From a phage: DNA of 64,000 bases. The DNA is taken from assembly GCA_016389475.1 (NCBI GenBank), contig GCA_016389475.1_3042.1; one strand, 5' to 3'. Under the pieces are notes generated by a model that searched no databases, was not told the DNA's origin, and saw nothing but the letters and a program-made list of their open reading frames with translations. The position numbers and the translations under genes were made by a program. Below, piece after piece: positions 57,580 to 64,000 of this stretch (position 1 is the first letter of the stretch; every line of letters begins with the position of its first letter).

Positions 57580-58117
57580 TTACTATTTCCAAAAGTTTAT
57601 TATTTTTAAGGTAATTAGCCTTTTCTAGGACTTCAGAAGCATATTTAGAACCTGCTTTAACATTCCATCCCGAATTATAAGAGGATATTGCTTTTCTTAT
57701 ATCGCCCTTATGTATATTTAACCAATAAGAAAGTTCAATGTACGCCCAGGAAGCTGAATTGGACCGTTTATTCAACATTCTTTTTATTTCAGCATCGGTC
57801 ATATTATAACCAAGTTCCTTAACTCTTGCTCGCATAGTAGGCAAATAATTTTGGAACATTCCGTAGGCGTGATGCTTTGGTTTAGATTTTAAATTAACTC
57901 CGCCAGAGCTTTCTTGCCATAAAATAGCAGCCATTATATGACCTAATCCACTCTTGTGGATGTTTTTATGTGTTTTATATTTTCCATCCTTAGAAAATTG
58001 TTCCCCGAATTGATACGCGTAACGCATGTTATCGAGTTGGACATTACTGAAAGTATGCTCGGAGCTATGTGCCATCATTGAAATGGCCAATAGACCAGCG
58101 AGTAGTGCTTTTCTCAT
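57572..58117 (-). CDS. periplasmic lytic-transglycosylase-like protein (181 aa)
   Basis: ORF track; signal peptide; AILWQESSGG and YGMFQ motifs resemble the SLT domain. Confidence 0.5.
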   Translation of the reverse strand: MRKALLAGLLAISMMAHSSEHTFSNVQLDNMRYAYQFGEQFSKDGKYKTHKNIHKSGLGHIMAAILWQESSGGVNLKSKPKHHAYGMFQNYLPTMRARVKELGYNMTDAEIKRMLNKRSNSASWAYIELSYWLNIHKGDIRKAISSYNSGWNVKAGSKYASEVLEKANYLKNNKLLEIVND

Positions 58118-58124
58118 GCTTACC

Positions 58125-58586
58125 TCATTGAGTTTTAATTACTGCTTTAGAAGCCTTTCCTGGTAAACGACGACTGTTGATAATTGCCATCCTGCATTGG
58201 AGTGACGGGTCTTTGAACTTCTCATTAGGTTTACAAACTGTAAATCCAAGCCAAAGATTTCCATCTGTGATTTCTAAACGTCCAGGACGATATTCAACCC
58301 CATCAATAAAATCCTCGTCAATGTCAGGACGCGGAGGCATACTCAGGAATTCATTAACTTCTAAAACATGGTCTTTTATTTTGTGGAATAATTCAAAAAC
58401 ATATGTCTCATCAATCTCCCGTTGAATTGCACGATCAAGAAGATGTTGAGAATATTTTAGATGAAACGATGAGACTCCTGCTGCTTTTGATGCCTCACGA
58501 ATCTCATTGTTAATTTGACGAAACTCCGACTCAAAATGACGACGAAGCTTATTTCGACGGATAAAAACTTCTGTATTGATAGTCAT
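58125..58586 (-). CDS. regB: RegB site-specific endoribonuclease
   Basis: ORF track 153 aa; length and position match T4 RegB. Confidence 0.8.
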   Translation of the reverse strand: MTINTEVFIRRNKLRRHFESEFRQINNEIREASKAAGVSSFHLKYSQHLLDRAIQREIDETYVFELFHKIKDHVLEVNEFLSMPPRPDIDEDFIDGVEYRPGRLEITDGNLWLGFTVCKPNEKFKDPSLQCRMAIINSRRLPGKASKAVIKTQ

Positions 58587-58613
58587 GTTGTTCTCCTCTT
58601 AACTGATAGAAAA

Positions 58614-58643
58614 ATTATACCACAGTCAAGAGGAAAAGTAAAC
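58614..58643 (-). promoter_or_regulatory. T4-type early promoter
   Basis: gtaaac 58638-58643, attata (TATAAT) 58614-58619. Confidence 0.6.
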
Positions 58644-58645
58644 AG

Positions 58646-58924
58646 TTATTCTTTAAATCTAATCAATTTATTCATAGACTTTGAAACTTCTGCACGAACC
58701 TCATGTAAGTTTTTAAGCTGTTCAAGACGCTGCTCATAGTAAGCAATTTCATCTTCTTCGAGACAGTCCTGTGAATCTTCTTTAAGATAACGTGCATAGT
58801 CCTGAAAAGCTTTACGGACTACTTCCTGGAAGTCATCAAGACTTTGAATTTTCTTAGGAGCGGCAGATACACGACGAGGTGCAGTATAATACTCATAACC
58901 AAACCCTGCGCTTAATTGAGCCAT
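58646..58924 (-). CDS. hypothetical protein (92 aa from ATG)
   Basis: ORF track from GTG 58966; ATG at 58924 with GAGGA RBS. Confidence 0.45.
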   Translation of the reverse strand: MAQLSAGFGYEYYTAPRRVSAAPKKIQSLDDFQEVVRKAFQDYARYLKEDSQDCLEEDEIAYYEQRLEQLKNLHEVRAEVSKSMNKLIRFKE

Positions 58925-59190
58925 TAGTATTTTTCCTCTGGTTGGAACACTGCGCGACAAGCCCACATACTAGCTTCTTTGAGTTTCGTTTTAGCAATAG
59001 TTAACTGATCGAGGCTTTCAGCATAATTCTTCGCGAGTTCATCATCTTCACAGCTATCGAATGCTTCCCAGAATTCATCGTATAAAGCATCAAAGATAAG
59101 TCCTAAACGAACTTCAGCGTCTTTGATAGCATTCACTTTACCGATTTTCTCTTCAGTATGCGGCTTATAACCTTTAATGTCTTCAATCAT
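58924..59190 (-). CDS. hypothetical protein (88 aa from ATG)
   Basis: ORF track from TTG 59226; ATG at 59190 with GAGGAAG RBS. Confidence 0.45.
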   Translation of the reverse strand: MIEDIKGYKPHTEEKIGKVNAIKDAEVRLGLIFDALYDEFWEAFDSCEDDELAKNYAESLDQLTIAKTKLKEASMWACRAVFQPEEKY

Positions 59191-59404
59191 ATTTGACTTC
59201 CTCACCAGTACATAAATCATATTCAACTAAACGAATAGGTTCATGAATGCCATATCCTTGAACAGAAATTTCTGTCGTAGGATAAATTCCATCAATATCA
59301 CCCATATTCCAGGCTTCATTAAATTGCTGTTCGCCTGAATTACTAAACCACTCGGCGAAAGCATTTAGCACATCTTCAGAACCTTCAATAATTATCTTTG
59401 CCAT
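59183..59404 (-). CDS. hypothetical acidic protein (73 aa)
   Basis: ORF track. Confidence 0.45.
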   Translation of the reverse strand: MAKIIIEGSEDVLNAFAEWFSNSGEQQFNEAWNMGDIDGIYPTTEISVQGYGIHEPIRLVEYDLCTGEEVKYD

Positions 59405-59766
59405 TACAAACTCTCGGTGAATGTACGAGCGATAACGTCGCGCTGCTGTTCCGGAGTCAGAGAGTTAAAGCGAACTGCATAACCTGATACACGGATGGTC
59501 AGCTGCGGATATTTTTCCGGATGCTTAACTGCATCTTCCAGAGTTTCACGACGCAGAACGTTAACGTTCAGGTGTTGACCACCTTCAATTTTAACTGCAG
59601 GCTGTTGCTCAATTTCAATTTCACGGGCATGCAAACCATAGAAAATTTCTGGGTCTACAAAAGAGTCCTCTTTAAAGGTTTTAGAAACGATAATTCGTGC
59701 TTGAATACCATCTTCAAAATAAATAGTACCTTTGTGTATGCCTTCAAGAATTTGATATGCTTTCAT
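59404..59766 (-). CDS. autonomous glycyl-radical cofactor (GrcA/YfiD-like)
   Basis: ORF track 120 aa; C-terminal ...[29 protein letters not shown] carries the glycyl-radical motif and appears near-identical to E. coli GrcA from memory. Confidence 0.75.
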   Translation of the reverse strand: MKAYQILEGIHKGTIYFEDGIQARIIVSKTFKEDSFVDPEIFYGLHAREIEIEQQPAVKIEGGQHLNVNVLRRETLEDAVKHPEKYPQLTIRVSGYAVRFNSLTPEQQRDVIARTFTESL

Positions 59767-59773
59767 ATAAACC

Positions 59774-60103
59774 TCAATTAGAAAATAAATTTATCCAAGA
59801 TTGTTCTTTAATTAAAAACGGCTCAGAATCATATGCCATTAAACTTTGCGTAATTAATCCTTTAAAAGGTCCATCAATAAATTCCATGGTAAAATATGGA
59901 ATTTTATTCATTAGCCGTGCATTAGGAGCAGTACATAAAACTCTGCATCCTTTGAATACACCTTTTTGTAATTTGTATTGCTTGGGATAAAATTCGCTCA
60001 AAATGTTATTATTTGCTAAAATTTCAAAATGATTCACCAATTTATTTTTAATAGTTTTTGGCGAAAAATAAAGATATTCGAAAAGTTGCGTATCTGTCAT
60101 CAT
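59774..60103 (-). CDS. hypothetical protein (109 aa from ATG)
   Basis: ORF track extended upstream; ATG at 60103 in ATGA overlap with preceding stop. Confidence 0.45.
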   Translation of the reverse strand: MMTDTQLFEYLYFSPKTIKNKLVNHFEILANNNILSEFYPKQYKLQKGVFKGCRVLCTAPNARLMNKIPYFTMEFIDGPFKGLITQSLMAYDSEPFLIKEQSWINLFSN

Positions 60104-60690
60104 TGCATTCCAATTACGAAAAACTGCGGACGAGTAATACCACCAATACAGCATTTACTATTGCAGCAATATTGCACAGTTTCAATATGAATATCGTAAA
60201 TTTTATCCATATCAGGAGATTTAACAGGCTCATCGATTATATACAAAATTCGAGAAAGCGATAAACCTCTGAACTTGCTACCTCTATTACCAACAAAACT
60301 ACGGACAGAATCAGTAAATAAACGGAATCGAATATCATCGCTAGAATAACGAGAAAATTCTTTTTTAATGCGGCCCACAGAAATTTTAGCGTAAGCTGAA
60401 GTATTAGAAAGAACAATAACTGTTCCACCATCATACAACCAATTAGCGGCAAAATTAGTTACTGCAGTTGATTTACCGGATTGTCTGCCACCATCTAAAC
60501 GAAGTGTACAATATTCTTTAAATAAATACGACGAATCAGGTACATAAAATCCACTATTACAAATTTCTTCTACTCTAGCGTCAGAATGGTGTGTAAAAGC
60601 ATTCATCAGGGATAGATAAGGACCAGTTAAAAATGTTCTCATTTTATTCTCTCTAAATTTGGGCCATTCCATGGCGCATGAATTGTCCAT
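60100..60690 (-). CDS. P-loop NTPase (196 aa; start may be ATG at 60642)
   Basis: ORF track; Walker A GGRQSGKST and Walker B ILYIIDEP; best RBS precedes internal ATG at 60642. Confidence 0.55.
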   Translation of the reverse strand: MDNSCAMEWPKFRENKMRTFLTGPYLSLMNAFTHHSDARVEEICNSGFYVPDSSYLFKEYCTLRLDGGRQSGKSTAVTNFAANWLYDGGTVIVLSNTSAYAKISVGRIKKEFSRYSSDDIRFRLFTDSVRSFVGNRGSKFRGLSLSRILYIIDEPVKSPDMDKIYDIHIETVQYCCNSKCCIGGITRPQFFVIGMQ

Positions 60691-60783
60691 TTCTGTATTT
60701 ACCCATTACCGCACTTGGGCTCGACCTTATTACAGGTTGGCGGGAATCCCTCACAGAATCATGAGGTCCAGCTTGTTCCCATA

Positions 60784-61257
60784 TTATTTGAACGATTTAA
60801 CGTACTGAATAGAACCTTTACTATTTACAAAGGCAATTTTACCATTTTTATTATACATGGTAGCAGTACGCTGATAGCCATAAGTTTGCTTACCAGATTG
60901 ATAACCAACTAATGCAAAATTATCTTCACCCATTTTATTCTGTTTAGCGCGAATGCGTTCATGACCATGTGCCATAAGAACCTTAGCATCACCAGTTACA
61001 ATGGATCGACGAGTTTTTTCATCTTCAACTGTATTAACAAAGTCGTCAAATGAATCAAATTTAGCATGAGATTTATTATACAGTTTTCCATCTACTGCAT
61101 AATTATATCCCTGTACATCCATCTCAACTTCTGTACCATCATCCAATACAGCAGTAATTTTCTGTCCTTTTTTAAATTTCAAAAGATCAGTAAAAGATTC
61201 AGCAATAATTTGAGAATTAATAGCTGCTTCAGTGATAAATTCTTGATATGTTTTCAT
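60784..61257 (-). CDS. capsid-targeted internal protein (157 aa)
   Basis: ORF track; N-terminal MKTYQEFITE resembles the T4 internal-protein capsid targeting sequence; sits in the ipII/ipIII slot upstream of e. Confidence 0.6.
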   Translation of the reverse strand: MKTYQEFITEAAINSQIIAESFTDLLKFKKGQKITAVLDDGTEVEMDVQGYNYAVDGKLYNKSHAKFDSFDDFVNTVEDEKTRRSIVTGDAKVLMAHGHERIRAKQNKMGEDNFALVGYQSGKQTYGYQRTATMYNKNGKIAFVNSKGSIQYVKSFK

Positions 61258-61301
61258 GTGTTTCCTTTAAATATTTTAATTAGTAATTTGTCTCTTCAAG
61301 C

Positions 61302-61331
61302 AACTGTGAATATACTATCACAATTCTAGGA
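61302..61331 (-). promoter_or_regulatory. T4-type early promoter (weak -10)
   Basis: gtaaac 61326-61331, -10 about TAGTAT. Confidence 0.4.
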
Positions 61332-61345
61332 GAAAGTAAACAACT

Positions 61346-61876
<531 letters not shown>

Positions 61877-62317
61877 TTAAAAGAGGCTGTTCATTATTCG
61901 GTAAAGTGAAGGACCCATCACATATTGCCACTGAGTACGAGGAATAAGAGCAAAAGCATCCATCTCTGGAATCATAACGCCATCTTTATTTTCAAAATAA
62001 GACTCGCAATGGCAATTTCTGAACATCTCATGCTCTACTGGAATCGTATAATAAAATAACTGTAAGTCTTTATTACTAGAATATTTAAATATACCTAGGT
62101 CTTCTAGAAGGTCTGGATTATAATTGCTAAAACCGGTCTCTTCTAAGCATTCTCTTTTTGCAGCTTCCAGTGCATTCAAATCAGAACTTTCTACACGCCC
62201 CTTTGGAATATCCCAGCGATGTGCCATCATTCCAGGCTTACGAGAACCAGTAACCCGACCCATAAATAAATCTTTATCTTCTGTCATAAAGATAATACCA
62301 GCTGATAGTGTTTTCAT
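61877..62317 (-). CDS. nudE: NUDIX hydrolase (146 aa from ATG)
   Basis: ORF track; Nudix box GRVESSDLNALEAAKRECLEETG; ATG at 62317 with AGGA RBS. Confidence 0.85.
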   Translation of the reverse strand: MKTLSAGIIFMTEDKDLFMGRVTGSRKPGMMAHRWDIPKGRVESSDLNALEAAKRECLEETGFSNYNPDLLEDLGIFKYSSNKDLQLFYYTIPVEHEMFRNCHCESYFENKDGVMIPEMDAFALIPRTQWQYVMGPSLYRIMNSLF

Positions 62318-62802
62318 TTTAATTTCCTGCATTCAGTGATAAAGTTATTTAAATTTTGAGTATATTTCTTTTCATCAAAAATCTTTTGTTGTCTGCGTAG
62401 TCGCCATGGCATTTCAATGAACGTGTACCATATCCCAGATAATATTGCTGCAGTAAAAATATTAACAAGTATAGTTAAAAGAATCCAATCTCCTATTCTG
62501 TCCATTGGATTTTTTATAAAAAAGTAAAATACGAATGATGTCACAGGAAGACTAATAATATACCACAGAATCATAATTTTATCTGTGAACCAATCAGCGT
62601 TCGTTAACTTAGCGCGACCATTATGAATACACACGAATTTATCATCTGTTATAATAGATGGCTTAGCTGCTTGATATCCCATTCTAAACTCCCTAATCAA
62701 CAAATTTTTCATATCTTCGGAACAACCATTCCAGTCAACTCTATCAACTGAAATGCCATCATCCCCATCATCTAAATCATACCAGCGAGTTTTTAAAATC
62801 AT
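62314..62802 (-). CDS. membrane protein (162 aa)
   Basis: ORF track; 2 TM segments. Confidence 0.5.
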   Translation of the reverse strand: MILKTRWYDLDDGDDGISVDRVDWNGCSEDMKNLLIREFRMGYQAAKPSIITDDKFVCIHNGRAKLTNADWFTDKIMILWYIISLPVTSFVFYFFIKNPMDRIGDWILLTILVNIFTAAILSGIWYTFIEMPWRLRRQQKIFDEKKYTQNLNNFITECRKLK

Positions 62803-63173
62803 TTAATTTTCCTACAATCACTCACAAACTCTTCCATTGATTCTTTTTCAATATAAGACATGTAGCTATTATATTCCTTTAATTGTATTTTGTAATCTTT
62901 TTTTCTTTGCCAATTTATTTTAAAATTATCATAATGAAAATATAACATGGTACCAAAGAATGAAAATAATGAAATCGCTATAGTATAATGAAGTTCACTC
63001 CAAACTTCTATTATATCTATTATACCGCTGACGTTACTACGGATGTTTAAAATAAGACAGTCAATTAACAATCCAAAAAGACTACCCGCAAGAGCTGCAG
63101 CCAACGCTACAGCAAAAATTAAAAATGACTCAGGAAGAGAATATTTGACTTTATTTAGTTTTGGCTTTTGCAT
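62799..63173 (-). CDS. membrane protein (124 aa)
   Basis: ORF track; 2 TM segments. Confidence 0.5.
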   Translation of the reverse strand: MQKPKLNKVKYSLPESFLIFAVALAAALAGSLFGLLIDCLILNIRSNVSGIIDIIEVWSELHYTIAISLFSFFGTMLYFHYDNFKINWQRKKDYKIQLKEYNSYMSYIEKESMEEFVSDCRKIK

Positions 63174-63568
63174 CGTGATTCCTTAACAAATTTCATAATT
63201 TCATCAAATTCATGCGCAGCAAGTTTAAGCTGATGTTCCTTTTTAATCTTTTTACACTGAGCTTTCCAATCACGTACACGTTTACGATAGTGTCTTCCTT
63301 GATACCAATATCCTATCCAATTTATAGGTACTAATAAAAGCGGAACTACCAACGGAAGAATTAGTGTTGCTCCAAATATTGCACCAGATTCAATATCAGT
63401 CATAACGTCTATAACCATTCCAGCAATCACCAGAATCACAAATGATACAACTACCACAGGACCTATTAACACATCAGTAGAAATTATCTGACGCTTTAAT
63501 TCATACTTCAACGGTTTACTTGGAAGGTATAGTGATGGTTTTGACATATTCTCTACATTCCTTAACAA
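63155..63568 (-). CDS. membrane protein (137 aa; ATG at 63547 gives 130 aa)
   Basis: ORF track start is TTG. Confidence 0.5.
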   Translation of the reverse strand: MLRNVENMSKPSLYLPSKPLKYELKRQIISTDVLIGPVVVVSFVILVIAGMVIDVMTDIESGAIFGATLILPLVVPLLLVPINWIGYWYQGRHYRKRVRDWKAQCKKIKKEHQLKLAAHEFDEIMKFVKESRCKSQN

Positions 63569-64000
63569 ATTTTTCTAATAATAAATCGCTTTCAAAATTG
63601 GGATTTTCTACGAATTTATCAAAAAGATCATCGACAATAGTTAAGATATTCTTTTTACTAAGAATACGTTTATTTTCATATTTTGTTTCAGAGTCAACTA
63701 TAAGAGTAAAGAAATATTTCTTGCCCTGAAATTTTACAGTAGTATCAATATAGAATAAATTTGACTTTTGTAAATTACGTTTAAACCATGCATCACTTAA
63801 ACTATAAACGCCAAGATAATCATAATCGTCGTTTAAATAACAGACCGTCCATTCAGGAGAAACAAAATCAGTAAATTCAACGTCAAAATCGCATGTTAAT
63901 GAATGAATTGATTCAATACTGTTAATAAGTATTCCAGGACGTATTAAAGACTTTTTACCTCTAGAAAATCTTCCAGAAAGATTTTCATCAGTTTCATATG
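63516..64000 (-). CDS. hypothetical protein, C-terminal ~160 codons (start beyond window end)
   Basis: Open minus-strand frame from window end to TAA at 63516-63518; fragment ends ...KFVKECREYVKTITIPSK. Confidence 0.45.
   Translation of the reverse strand, partial: YETDENLSGRFSRGKKSLIRPGILINSIESIHSLTCDFDVEFTDFVSPEWTVCYLNDDYDYLGVYSLSDAWFKRNLQKSNLFYIDTTVKFQGKKYFFTLIVDSETKYENKRILSKKNILTIVDDLFDKFVENPNFESDLLLEKFVKECREYVKTITIPSK

Noticed and set aside
60237-60452. Minus-strand 71-aa ORF
   Set aside because: Alternative frame inside the P-loop NTPase gene.
60691-60783. Possible tRNA in the GC-rich spacer
   Set aside because: No 7-bp acceptor stem or T-loop (GTTCRANYC) arrangement found on either strand by eye; kept only as a structured-RNA candidate in findings.

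Overview
This 64-kb window is a contiguous piece of a T4-like (T-even) myovirus genome covering the early/middle gene region. It runs from rIIA (truncated at the window start) through topoisomerase gene 39, dexA, dda, modA/modB, soc, 56, 61, 41, uvsX, 42, imm, DNA polymerase 43, regA, clamp loader 62/44, clamp 45, 46/47, alpha-gt, 55, nrdH/G/D, 49, nrdC, rI, tk, regB, lysozyme e and nudE. Almost every gene is on the minus strand, tightly packed with start/stop overlaps, behind T4-type early promoters (GTTTAC-N17/18-TATAAT read on the minus strand), a few MotA-box middle and TATAAATA late promoters, and C(UUCG)G tetraloop hairpins at transcript ends. Core replication proteins look near-identical to phage T4 from memory, but this is not T4 itself: gene 39 is one uninterrupted ORF, no intron or homing endonuclease is visible, and the beta-gt slot holds a different DxD-type glycosyltransferase. 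I found no single clear-cut novel system; the best candidates for undescribed biology are a tandem array of four paralogous coiled-coil proteins (44.4-48.4 kb), a capsid-targeted internal protein next to a GC-rich structured spacer, and a convergent plus-strand membrane-protein ORF. No tRNA, CRISPR array or integrase was found. All identifications are from reading the sequence and memory of T4 proteins, with no database search. ORF-track coordinates are exact; hand-counted promoter, hairpin and sub-60-aa ORF coordinates may be off by 1-3 nt.
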